Shown: in pieces, positions 38,421 to 51,250 of the stretch | How positions within the stretch are numbered: position 1 is the stretch's first letter | Layout of the letters: each line of letters begins with the position of its first letter | From: Octopus sinensis | Taxonomy: Eukaryota | Length of the DNA stretch: 64,000 nucleotides | Assembly: GCF_006345805.1 (NCBI RefSeq) | Contig: NC_043001.1 | Span: forward strand, 37,014,001 to 37,078,000 | Reading direction: 5' to 3' | Notes under the pieces: model-generated | What the model was told of the DNA's origin: nothing | Seen by the model: the letters and a program-made list of their open reading frames with translations, nothing else | The model's database searches: none | Program-made: the position numbers and the translations under genes

Positions 38421-39105
38421 ATGTATATAGCAATCACCACAAAAAAAGTGAATATTTTAAGGCACTTTTCGATATGGAGATTGTAAATTTTATTTGTACA
38501 AGAGATTATAGCTTTTGTACTTTTTAAAAGTGAAAATAAATACTTTTAAAAATTTTTATTAAAAGAAATATTCTTTTATTTATTTTTATTTTTTGCCCGT
38601 TTAGCACACACATTCATGCAACCCTTTCCCACCGTTCAAGGGTTAATGGTAGTTAAAGTTCGATAAAAATTTTTGCAGAATTATGAAAACGTTATCACAG
38701 ACCCATTATAGTACTAAAATTATTTATTGCGCCCGAATGAAGGAAAAGCAAGGCAAGGTTAACAACATCAGGATTTAATCTCAAAGTAGTAATACACCAA
38801 AGTAATTATTCTAATGAGCTTGAAGCGACTACGTTAGTAAAAGCCTCTTTTTTTAATTAACATAAAACTGTTACTAAAAGCTAGCGGATTACTTCCCTTG
38901 CTAATCAACATTAATTTACGGGTTTAGCCGATGATATTTATTTCATAAAAGTATGTTTTAGAAAATTATTCTTTATCTGATTTTAGATTTTAAATTTAAT
39001 CCCGTTTATATTAAAGTAAAAATGTTTGTTTGAGAAAAGACATAACAAAAATTGTCAAAATATTTTCCCATAATACAATTCAGCTCATCTGAAGACGTTG
39101 GGAAG

Positions 39106-39149
39106 ATGGCTGAGTATCTTGCGTCAATTTTTGGCACAGAAAAGGACAA
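39106..39149 (+). CDS. U2AF1: U2AF small subunit (U2AF35), coding exon 1 (44 nt)
   Basis: MAEYLASIFGTEKD(K), identical to the human N-terminus, followed by a GTAATT donor. Confidence 0.98.
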
Positions 39150-39837
39150 GTAATTCATTTATACAAATTTATTTTATATCTCAAATGTTTATCCTTATGT
39201 ATCTTTCTGTTATTTATACCAATTTCTATTTGTTATTGATATATATGGAAGAAGCTTTGTTCATATTTCCTTCATCGTATGCCGTGTAGTAGTTTTTACC
39301 CGCTTCCATTTATCAAATTTATTTGATTTTTCTGTCGAGAAATATTTTCACGGGAAAAAGCAATCTCTTTGTTATAAATATTGAATGAAAATGATTCCCT
39401 CTATGTTGTTTGGCATCCTTTAATCAAAAGCATTACGTTTTATTTTTTAAAATATTAGTTTTTATGTGTTAAAGGCCATTTTCATGAAAATAATCGATGA
39501 TAATTATGTGAATAAATTATGTCGGCTAATATTGACTTTCTTTTCAGTCAGTCACACAGAACATAGCGACATTCGTATAGGATTAAAGTCATAAGGAATA
39601 AAACGAAATGGCTTAATTTATGATAATTTAATTACAAGTTATTTTCAATGTTCGTCACAGTAGCTTGCTAATTTTAGAGGGAGATAGGGAAAATGATTTT
39701 GTTAGTAAACTCACAATTTATTAGTATTAGACATTTGAATTAATTGCGATTAGCTTTCAGATATGTGTGGGTGTACATATACATATATATATATATAATA
39801 TATACTTTATTTAAAAGCAGCAGAAATTTAACAAAAG

Positions 39838-39875
39838 CTGTTACTCGGAGTTTCACGTTCCTGTTCGTCGGACAG
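39838..39875 (-). ncRNA. Minimal type I hammerhead-like motif (U4C core variant) in a TA-flanked LTR remnant, antisense in U2AF1 intron 1
   Basis: Minus strand reads CTGT-CCGACGA-AC(AGGAAC)GT-GAAA-CTCCGAG-TA-ACAG, with a perfect 4-bp stem I and GUA triplet. Confidence 0.55.
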
Positions 39876-40426
39876 TTATATATATATATATATATTTGTG
39901 GGATGGCGCAGTGTAAATTTTGGATTTTTATGAGGTAATCTAGGGCATCACTTGCAAGAATAAAAAATGTTAAATGCTATGTTATTCATTCGACTGGCAG
40001 AATAGATGGTCAATATAAAGACCTTCACCCAGGAACAAAATAATAATAATAATAAATAACCAGCCTGGTGTGGAAAACGAATATGAAAAAAAAAAAAGAA
40101 ATGTGCGCTGCCGACCCGTGGAGTGGGGAAGGGACTTTCGGAAAATTCACAAGATTCAATTTTTCCGTCATAACTTCGGGTAAAATGGATATATATTCTG
40201 TTGTGTCTGGGGATATATATTGATTTTCTTTTGTTTTTTTACGGAATCCTCCATTTTTGTTTATGGAGGATCCGATTCTGAAAAAAATGTTTTCAAAATT
40301 TCAATTGCTCCTCTACTCTCGATTTTACGGCCTTGGCCTTCAAGCAGGCTATTCACATGCTAGAAATAACAGCCAAATCTCACAAAACTGCGATGACATA
40401 ATGAAAGGAATATGTAATCAATCTAT

Positions 40427-40677
40427 TCACCTTTCTGCAAAAATTTCTTTCAGAGTAATTTCCCGCAAGATAGTATGACAAAGTGAAATTAAAGTGTTCA
40501 TTTGAGAAAATATTGAAGCAGCTTGCTCCAGAGAAAATTATGGATTTTTTAAAAACAAACGGCATTATTGCCACAAGTAAAATGTGTTTGCACACACGAT
40601 ATGAATGAACACTTTAATTTCACTTTGTCATATTCCTGCGGGAAATTACTCAGAAAGAAATCGTTGCAGAAAGGTGA
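40427..40677. repeat. About 75-bp inverted repeat with a 100-nt spacer (probable MITE)
   Basis: 40427-40502 is the near reverse complement of 40604-40677. Confidence 0.8.
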
Positions 40678-41845
40678 GCCATTACCGTCAACAACATTCT
40701 TGTATAAGAATAATAAATTTGTACTCGACAGAAGTATTGAGGGAAAGACTTCCTCTCCTCCCCATTTCCTCTCAATTTCTTTTTATTTTTATGTATTTGT
40801 TTTACAATATTCCCGATGTGAAATCGTGTGTTGAAACAGATATTGTTATATTTCTGGATGGTCTTTCTCTTTTTCCAAATAAACCTACGCACTATATGCT
40901 CGTTCTTCACTTCAGATTTATTATTGTTCTTACTTTGGTGTCCATTGTCTGAAAATCTTTCGTCACACCTCCTGTGACCTCTACAGAGACTTTCCTACGT
41001 CTTGCAAGCCACTTGGTGACGTCACTAATACCAATAACACAAAAAGTACCCACTACACACTGTAAGGTGGTTGGCTTTAAGAAGAGCATTCTGACATAGA
41101 AATCAGCTTGGCATAGCCCTGTAGCTTGCTGTATTCTATGAAATCATCCACCCCTGCCAGAATGGAAAAAGGGGTGTTAAATGATGATGGTATACAATGG
41201 GTTCCTTTCAGTTTCCATCTACGAAATGCTCTTACGTGGGATATTAAATAATGATGGTGATATGCTTAATTCAATACTCTTTGTTTTCTAATCAAAACTA
41301 ACTGTTCAATAACATTAATGGCATAAACATCAGTGGGCTGGCTAGGGCCACAGGCTTAGCTCCCTCCTTCAGACCACATCCAATAATCAGTGATGGAAAT
41401 GGGTTTTTGGAACTAAGGTATGTTGAGGTTCAGGATTGAAATCATAGGCTATAAAAATTCAACTCCTGGATTTTTATTTTTTTTTTTCAATAAAGGAGTA
41501 CCATCTTTCCCTTGCATACCTCCTCATCTCTACTGTCAGTAATAATAGTAATTTTTTCTACTAAAGGCACAAGGCCTGAAATTTAGTGGGAAGGGACTAG
41601 TTGATTACATAGATCCCAGTGTCTCACTGATACTTAATTTATCAACTCTCGAAAGAATAAAAGGCAAAGCCAACCTTGGCAGAATTTGAACTCAGAACAT
41701 AGCGACATGAAATACTGCAAAGCATTTCGCCTGGTGTGCTAACAACTCTGCCAGCTCGCCTCCTTATAATAATAAAACCCTAGATTCTATTTGATTTACT
41801 AAATATCTATTGCAGACCAATATTTTCCAAACAACCTAAAATGCA

Positions 41846-41893
<48 letters not shown>

Positions 41894-42628
41894 CTGTGTA
41901 TGTATGCATTAATACAGTATTAACCAGACTCTTGGGTGTTGTTATGTCACTGGTCACAATGTGCTTTGCATTGTTTTAGCTCTCAAATGATGCCATCCTG
42001 CTGGCTAGGCAAGCTGGCCAACATTCTCCCTGATCAGAAGGCTAGTTAGTCCATCACGGTTACAGTGTACAGGAGCAGTGGTGGATTTCTGTTGTTTGCC
42101 AGTGGGGATTCAGTTATTAGATACAAATAGCTGAGCATTCCACAGACATATTCTTGCCATAATCCCCAAGTTGAATTTACATGAAACTACATGAAAAGGC
42201 TATACCTTTTTGAATTCCATGTACATTCCATCTTATTGGCTACTGTTTTATAATTAAGGATTATGTTTTTCCCTTTTTGCATTCATGAAATAAAAGCTGA
42301 CATTCTCTTTTGCCATTCTTGATACACTGGTATAAAATCTTAATAGCTTTATTCTGAAACCTTGACTCCACCTAATAACATTGTTGTACTCCAAATGACA
42401 TACCGTTTTCTTGTGGCAGAGTGCAGTTCCTATATTGTATGATTTCTTAATCATGCTATGAAACTGTTTTGCTTTTCATAGTACCAACATGTATACAATT
42501 TTAGTAAAAATATGTTAATTATAGTGAATGATTATGATTTTAATGTTCACAAAAGAAATTCTAGTAAGAAATTTCAGTGGTAATCATTTTTTATGCTAAT
42601 TTGAAAGCTGTTTCACTTTCCTTTTAAG

Positions 42629-42716
42629 GGTTAACTGTTCCTTTTACTTCAAAATTGGAGCTTGTAGGCATGGAGAAAGATGTTCTCGCCTGCACAACAA
42701 ACCCACTTTCAGTCAG
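42629..42716 (+). CDS. U2AF1: U2AF35 exon 2 (88 nt), first CCCH zinc finger
   Basis: [29 protein letters not shown] with AG and GT boundaries. Confidence 0.98.
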
Positions 42717-42840
42717 GTATGTAAATTTTTGCTATTTTCTCATTTTTTTCAACCTACCCAAGCTGTTGCACTATTTCAACATGAACATCATTTTGAAACA
42801 TTCAGTTGAATGAATTAACTCCAGTACTTTTCTTTCTTAA

Positions 42841-44120
42841 CCCTTTCGTTTCTATGTTTCTGACCAAAATACACCCCCTCATGAGTTTCAATTAAATTCT
42901 AAAATAATCATGAATTTAGACTAGTTTCATTAAACAACTGTAACTTTATTATTTGTCAACATATTAATGTGATGTTTGGAACATGATTAAAGGGTTCTTA
43001 ATCAGTTCTATTGCATAACTTTTGTCTCAAAGTGACTCTAATTACAGGTAAATCCAGGTAAACTGAGCAAAAGGTAAAAATATTAAAATTTTGTTTAAGC
43101 ATCACCATAGAAAATGAATCATCAGCTAATATTCAATTGGGTATGCAACAAAATTTTTATATAGAAGAATTGTGCACATCACTAGATCATCAGTTGAATT
43201 TAAAGCACAACAGAACAGGTGTACCATAAAGGTGAAATAAATTGAAATACTAGAATCCACCACAAGTTTGACTGAACTAAAAAAATCGGTAAAAAAATAA
43301 TGGTTATGGCATGAAGTAATAAATTCCAGACCACATCGTACCCTAGGTCATGCTGACTAACATTATTTTCCCTGTATAAAAACTAAATCCACAGCAGTAC
43401 CGACTATTTGCCTCACAAATTTTCCAAACTTTGATCCCACATTTCGTGGGCTTTCCTGGCATATACCGTTTGTTTACATTCTGCGTAACAGTTTGTTTCC
43501 GCAGTGATCACTTCAAACAAGCATACTGAAAAAAGTAAAAGTCTAATGGTTTTGCTTCCGAAGAAAGACTGGAAAAATTGCTAATAAAACATTTTTAAAG
43601 TTTTTACTTCATTCCAATGCTAATAAAACATTTAAAAGTTTTTACTTCATTCCAATGTAAAATCGTCTTTACTGTCGCTATCGCTGCTTTCAGTTTCTTC
43701 AGAATCGCTGCTTTCGGATACAGAAATATCCTATTCATTCTCATACACCACGTGTTTTTTACCTCATTCATACTTTTTCTCAATAGCTCTATATTTTCTG
43801 TTGAAAAACCTTTAAATTCGGAATCACTGCTTGATAGCATAAAACTCCTATCCATTTTCAAAGTTGGAAACAAAATTGATGCCGAAAAAATGTGGAAAAA
43901 ATCTCACAAAATTCACTGAGTTGATATCACGTCAAGCAGTGTCGGATACTATAACCCAACTATTTACAAAGTGAAATCATATTTTCACAAATGTACTAAC
44001 GAGATTTGCGCTTAAATTCACATTTAAATAACAATGGGTACTCTCGGCTGGCTATGGCGGGTTGGTCTTATGAACCAAATAAATTTTTGGCCAGCTACAG
44101 CCAGGTTAGTATCAAAAGGG
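42841..44120 (-). mobile_element. Non-autonomous piggyBac element in U2AF1 intron 2
   Basis: TTAA at 42837-42840 and 44121-44124, CCCTTT termini, and an internal transposase remnant RYMPGKPTKCGIKVW at about 43424-43468. Confidence 0.75.
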
Positions 44121-44569
44121 TTAAGCCTGATACTTATCCTATCCAGTCTCTTTTGCTGAACTGCTAAATTACGGGGACGTAAACACTCGCATATATTTGG
44201 TCGTCTTCTTTCAGTCACTCAAAGGCTTTGTTGACCCAATGCTATCATAGAAGACATTTGCCCTTTGTGTTATGCAGTGGGACTGAACTTAGAACCATGT
44301 GCTTGGGAAGCAAACTTTTTACTACACAGTCAAGCCTATACCTTTTTTTTTTTAATGTATTCAATTTTCTGTAAATTTTGTTGGTGTGTGTGAACCTTAT
44401 GTTGTGATTAACTGATTGAGTGACACTGTAAATTCTTTGTTCCACCTGACAGTTACTTTAGGCTATTCTGCAATATATTATTTTCTACTCCAGACACAAG
44501 ACTTGAAATTTGGTGGGAGGCGGGGCAGTTGATTAGTTCGACTCCAGTATGCAATTGGTATTTCATTTA

Positions 44570-44820
44570 GTTAGTTAGTTAGTTAATTTGGCTCAAAAGC
44601 AAATAGCAAGGCCATGTAGGGGGACATGGAGTTAAGTACAGGGTGGTGTTCACGTAAAGAGTTCAGGCCACTTGAGGTCCAGGGAGGCTTTGAACAAAGC
44701 GGTCGTCGGCATCTTCACCATCTCGTCTGGCAGCTTGTTCCACGGATCCGCAACCTGGACGGAGAAAGCTCCTCTCCTTCGATTGAGATGAAATCGTCGC
44801 AGGTAGAGCTTTTCGGAGTG
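44570..44820 (-). mobile_element. 3' end of the CR1/L2-type LINE family seen at 31643
   Basis: HSEKLYLRRFHLNRRRGAFSVQVADPWNKLP and a (TTAG)n tail at about 44570-44585. Confidence 0.9.
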
Positions 44821-46060
44821 ACCGAAAGGCAATGTTGACCTCGGTGGAATTTGAACTCCGAACATAAAGACAGCTCAGCATGCTAACATTTCTGCCAGCT
44901 TGCCGCCTTTATTCTGCAATATATTATCACAATTATAATCATGGTTGGCTCTCCACATGGTTCTAATTAACAGACATTAAAACATGAATGATTAATCATA
45001 ATATGATTCCATATGGAAATATTTAAAATATACTGACTGTAATTTGGCAGAAACAGTATGGTATCAGATTAGATAACTTACAGCATTTAATGCTGTTTCT
45101 CTTTCTGGATCTGAATTCTTTAGGGCTCAACTTGGCCTTTTATCTCTGAAGGATAAAATAGGCACCTGAAATACCCTGGCATCATTTTGTCTGAATATAT
45201 AATCCCTTTTCAATTATTAACTTGATGTTTATAGAAGAAGAAATAAATATTAAACATTTGAATGCTTTTAAAACTTAGATTTGCAATATTCTTTACTGTT
45301 AGGTTATCTTTCATCTTTTACTTGTTTTAGTCATTATCGAACTGGCCATGCAAGGGTGCTGCCTCAAAGAGTTTAGTCAAACAAATAAACACTAGTACTT
45401 TTTTAAAAAAATTTTATTCTTTCCTTTCCTAACTCTATCTGCTTCTTTTGCCAGTGGGTTGTAACTGGTTGTCAAGCAGTGAGAGGGACAAGCACAAAAG
45501 ATAGACATATATAAGGGCTTCCATACAGTCTTCCATCTACCATATTCAAGATATTGGTTGGACACTGGCTATAGTAGAAGACACTTGCTCAAGGTACCAA
45601 GCAATGAGACTGACCTGAACCCATGTGGTTGCACTTTTTAACCACACAGCCATGCCTGCCTGTTTTACCTCCCCATCTTACATCGTGGCTTTGTTTGTAT
45701 GTCACAAGTCATTATGAAGCAAGTATTTTTGTTGGATTCTACTTGTATTTTATCATGAAGTTGATGTAGTGCTATTTATCAACCATGAATATTTAGCAAA
45801 TGGCTATATGCCTTTACTAGAGCCATAACATTTTAATTGGCACAGTAGTTAAGTTCATGATCAAGCAGCCAGTATTGTTCACTACTTTAACCTCGTAGCT
45901 ACTCTGCTTTTTGGCTGAATATTTTCAATGTAGTTTAGATGTAGTGATAGAGAAAGCAGTACAAGAGTAATTTAAAGCATGAGCATTGTTGATGTGTTTT
46001 ATAAATGAAGAATTAGTTATAAGCATCTTAATTGTTTCTTGTTTTTCTTTCTTTATATAG

Positions 46061-46127
46061 ACAGTACTGCTACAGAATCTATACCTAAACCCTCAAAATG
46101 CTGCACTTACAGCTGATGGCTCTCATA
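46061..46127 (+). CDS. U2AF1: U2AF35 exon 3 (67 nt)
   Basis: TVLLQNLYLNPQNAALTADGSH; long pyrimidine tract with TAG, GTAAGT donor. Confidence 0.97.
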
Positions 46128-46367
46128 GTAAGTATTGGTGATAAACCTTTTGTTACATTTTATGATAGCAACACTACAATTTTCTTTAATTATAAAATAT
46201 TTCCATATACAAATAATTTCAGTTCAGAGTATTCCTTCAACTCTGTTATATAAAAGTTATATATTGAATAATGTTTATATGGATGTTATTTTAATAGTGT
46301 ATCATGTCTGTGTAAGAAATCAAAATTGCGAAACCCTCATAAAGTAATTTTTTTTTTTCTTTTGCAG

Positions 46368-46373
46368 TTCCTG
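46368..46373 (+). CDS. U2AF1: 6-nt microexon TTCCTG of U2AF35
   Basis: U-rich tract, TTTGCAG|TTCCTG|GTAAGT; phase 1/1, frame preserving. Inclusion not verifiable from DNA alone. Confidence 0.75.
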
Positions 46374-49300
46374 GTAAGTCATTCATCATCCTATCCTGGA
46401 AGCCTATGGAAGTTTGTGCCAATTAGTAAATAGCCCTTTTTTTTCTTTAATCTCATAAGCACAGTTAGTGTAAATACTATCATTTTACAGGGGCTTAGTA
46501 GACCTAATGATAGGTATATAATAATAATAGTATGTAAAATTAGGTTTCTTTCTGTCTTAAACTGAAACTACCAAATTATTTTTTTGAAATATTTGATTTG
46601 TATTTTTTTTTTTTTTTTTTCTATTTATGACTACAATTTGACTTATTTTCGTTAAAATGCAGCTTAAGTTATATGACAAATGCATTATTTTATTTTTGTA
46701 AATCTAAACGTTATCAAAATAATTGCAGAGTAATGAAAATTTGAAAAAAGTGTTTTAAATAATATTCAAAACTATTTTCTTTTGGAAATTATATTATTCT
46801 TCATAGTATATTTGATAAAAATCCTTAATTAGAAATAAAGTTTAGAATCATTTTAAAACATTTAAGAAAAATTACTTTTAACTGATGTGACAGAAATTTT
46901 AAAAGTTTAAAAAGGTTATGACTTTATTTCTAAGTTTTGGCAGATTAGCAGTTAAAGAAGTTTTGTCTTAAAAGAATAGGAAATGTGAGATCTTTTACTT
47001 TATGTGAAGTGAGGTCCCTTCCTAGTTAATTGTGTGAAATGTAATCAAAAACTTTAAGAGGATTTAAAATAGTTTAGAATTGGACACTTTCTGACGACAA
47101 GCCACTAGATGAATTATTTAATAATGCACTGCATAGTATTTTGGATAATTTGAAATATATGGCAAACCTCTTTCTGATAAACATACAATTTCAGCATTAC
47201 TGTAAAAAATAGTGGTTGCATTTGGTTTTGATCTTTCTGTAGACAAAAAATGGGATTGATCTGGTTAGTTTTGAGTCTTAGACCATAAACAGAAAATATA
47301 CTCATCTATTCGCATAAAGAGTGATTGCTTATAACTTTAGGGTATAGAAACTAGAAGGCAGTTCGACTGGTTTGTTTGATTGATGTTAATAAAGCATATG
47401 CTGATAACAGGGTTATTACTTTACTATTATGGTTATCAAAACAAAATGGTATACATTACAAAATTATCTAAAATGCTGCATAGTACATTATTAAGCATAT
47501 CAGGTCATGAACTCTTATGTAAATGAGCAGGACCAGTTTAATTGAATCCCTAATTTCCATACACTATAAATAGCTCTAAGCTCCTAATCCTCTTTGTGGA
47601 CAGATGGATACTTTCTCTGATTAAGGTTAAGAAAACTAGAAACTAGTTAGATAATCCTGCTTTTTCTTTCCACAGTGACAAGAGCCTTTGGTGTAAACCA
47701 CTGTTTACATTTTACATTGATGTTAAAATTGTATGTTTATCCAAAATAGGCATACTTTACATTTCAAATTACTGACTTGTTTCCTTTTGACATAGAAAAA
47801 TTTTCTTGTAAGCATGTTTTTTTCTTATTTTTAAAAATTTTTTATTTTATTTTTATTTCTTGCAATTATCTTACCTATTCTTAAGAGTTGCTAACAATTA
47901 CTGCTAGGTTTTTGCTTTCTTTCCTAACTAAAAGGCAAATTTCTATAAAGAAAATTTTACGTACTCCATTCAGTATATCAACCTTACCATTTGATTTTTC
48001 CATCAGGTTGAGGGTTAAAAATCAACTGGGGCTGTCATATACACAAGACCTAGTTATCAGATATTTCTTTTAAGGGATTTTAAAAAATTATGTCAGTTCA
48101 TAAAGCAAGTGCACCAGCCATTTGAGCTTTAAATTCATTGTCCCTTGGTGAAATGACAGTGCTCATGATAGCTGTTTAATTAGTGAAATGTACTTTCAAT
48201 TGATACCCAAGATTAATATTTTCTTACATAAGTATTTTTTAAATTTTATTGCGGAAAATATGAAATCAAATGAATTAATAGGCATTTTTGTTTGTTTTTG
48301 ATCGACTGCATTTAAACATTCAATTTTGGACCGGAATTAGAAACAGGTAAGTGGCAGTCTCTGATCCATTACAAGACAAATCAGATAAACATTAAAAAGA
48401 ATATATGTTTTAATGAGTTTCTTTTTTTTTTTTTTTTCCTTTCCTTTATTTTGGTTTCTCTCCAGTTTGCAATCTCCTGTATTTCATTATCTGATTAAAT
48501 TGAGCAAACTCTGCCTCTTTTTGGATTAACGTTTGATGTTAGTGAGTAATGCAAACTGGACATACTAACAATATGGCTTCAGACCCCCCATTCCCTTGAT
48601 GTTAATTGGCTGACATAACAATGCATCAATAAGTGGATGTGTGGTGAAACTTAGGTGTGTTCTAATTGGCTGATAGATTAATTTGATATTAAATATGGCA
48701 ATTAAGATACAATAAAAAGATTGTGTAACAAGTTTTTACACATTAAGTTAGCATTCTTTGTTAGTCAATAAAAATAAAATCATTCTTGCTCATCAGTTTA
48801 TAAAACTGTAAATATATTCAAACATCGTGTCACAGAAGAGAAAGCAGAACTATGCGAAATTCACACTGAACGTAATCAAGCATACAAAAAGAAAGTGCAG
48901 CCAAATGAGTTTGGTGTGACAGTAATAGAAATGGTGAGCAACTGGAGATCAAAAAGAAGACAGGCTGAAAAGTTCCTTATTACAGTTTATGAAAAAGAAG
49001 GGGAAAAAAACGGCTTTATTCGCAGTGTATGCCAAAATGGAAAGCAAACTAGAGGGGTGGATTTTAGAACTTTGTTTCAATGGCCCTATGTTACATGTGC
49101 AACTTTTGGCCCATGCACTCTGCAAATCACTAAAGAACCGGGACATTTAATGTTTCAAATGGCTGGTGCACTCACTTATGAACTAACATGATTTTTAACT
49201 CCATCTTTAAAAAAGGGTCAAAATACCACATTAAGGGAGAGTGTCCAGGAAAAATGAGGTACTCAATGTTCAAATCACTTCACTAGTTTTACAGTGTTTT

Positions 49301-50838
49301 GAACATTTAGTCAGTAATACATAAATTAATACATTAGTACACTCAGGGAATGTAAATTAAATTTTTACTGAAAATGTGTCTTTTGACAAGACATCTTGTG
49401 CTGGTTATATTTATCTACTCTTGATTATTCCAATAATTAGATGATCCACTATCTCCCTGCCAGCCAGACCAATTTGTGCTGTTTGCATGACATATTGAGA
49501 CAAAGGGGTGCCTATAATTGAAGTATGTTCTATCTTAAATCATAGAACACATGTAATATCAAACTATAAAATTCCAGTGTTGGAAGTTAAGCAGATATTT
49601 CGATTATTTATAGACTGTTTACGATTGAAATATTGAAAGATCTAAAACCTCTTTAAATGTAAACAGTACAATTTGGGTCAAATTAATTTAATATTAGTGT
49701 ATGTGTATATGAAAATCTTATTCTTTAGTTCTTCTAGCAAGAATTTGTGTAGCAAATTTGTTTAGTTGACATTTTTTTAATTGATTTTTTTTTATTCCAT
49801 AACTTTTAGCAGTTACTTAGAGTTATGTCATTTTGAAAGAAATTAATAAGAAAAATTATTTTTAGAAGTTATTTCTTTTAAAAAGTATCTGAACTGGAAT
49901 AATACTTAATTTAAAATATTGCTTTTAATTCAAATCTTTATTTTAAAAATAGCTCACCCCCTTAATATATTTTCTCTCCCTTCTGCCATCCCATAAGACA
50001 GTTCTATTTTGTCAACTTTTAATTATTTAATAATTACAAAGTTTTTGTTCTTAAACTACAATATATACTTACATGTTCCTGATTTTACAAAATGTTACTT
50101 TAAAAAAAAGTGCTAATTTTTTATTTTCTATTTTTACATCTTTATCTTTTAATTTAAATATTTCTTAGCATATTACTTAAACTATTTCTAAGCTCCTGTT
50201 TTTTTCATATACTAGTATTGTATTTACTTAAACAACTTTACACCTATTTTTCTATAGTTTCAACAAATTGTTTCCTCTTTTCCATGCTTTACATACAAAG
50301 TATCTATGCTACTTCTTTTATTATAACAATTTTCTCTTTGATTTCTTCACAATTCATCCAAGGCATTACACAGGATTGTGTTTTATGTTTTTTAATGTTG
50401 ACAATTAGTTGATTTTTTATGATGTAACTTTTGGGGGATTTTTCATTGGTTTTTATTTTTGTTTGCAATATTGTCTTCTTGCATGCTGTGTTTGTATTTA
50501 AGAGAATTTTGTGTGGGGTTATATATGATGTATATATATATGTGTGTATATATATATGTTTATACTGTGATAAATGAGAAGTGCTCAAGGTTTTACATAA
50601 TAACAAAGAAATATGAACATAGTCTGTTTTCTTTTTTTATTTAAACATCATAATCTTAAAAACAAAATGCAAGACTAAGAATTAGATATAAATTGGTCAT
50701 ATGAATAAAGGAGTTTTTTTTATATATGAAATCATAATTGCAAATGAATATATATCGTCCTTGAATTGCTGGAATATGAGTAATATTCAAGAATTTGATT
50801 TATCTTAAAGTGCAGCTAGATAGCCATGTCTCAAGAAT

Positions 50839-51250
50839 TTGTCTTATGAAGAAAGGCTGAAGACGCTCGACCTTTATTCTCTAGAAAAACGCCGCCGCCA
50901 TGGTGATCTCATTCTTGCTCACAACATCATAAGCAGAAAGTGTAACCTCTCGAAAGAGCTGTTCTTCACTCCTGCTCCAGAGCGTCGGCTGCAGGGTCAT
51001 TCCGAAAAGCTCTATCTGCAACGATTTCATTTCAATCGAAGGAGAGAGGCTTTCTCCGTCCGGGTTGCGGATCCGTGGAATAAGCTACCGGACGAGATGG
51101 TGAAGATGCCGACGACCGCTCGGTTCAAAGTCTCCCTTGACCACAAGTGGCCTGGACTCTACATGAACACCACCCTGTACATAACTCCATGTCCCCCTAC
51201 ATGGCCTTGCTTTTTGCTTTTTGAGCCAAAAAATTAACTAACTAACTAGT
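50839..51250 (+). mobile_element. 3' fragment of the same CR1/L2-type LINE family, sense to U2AF1
   Basis: SYEERLKTLDLYSLEKRRRHGDLILAHNII...WNKLPDEMVKM and a (AACT)n tail. Confidence 0.92.

Noticed and set aside
38154-38486. 110-aa Cys-containing ORF upstream of U2AF1
   Set aside because: It is the antisense of the decayed LINE RT remnant on the minus strand.
48341-48346. Possible second 6-nt microexon AAACAG before the GTAAGT donor
   Set aside because: The preceding AG has no pyrimidine tract; the donor is better explained as the end of a longer exon.
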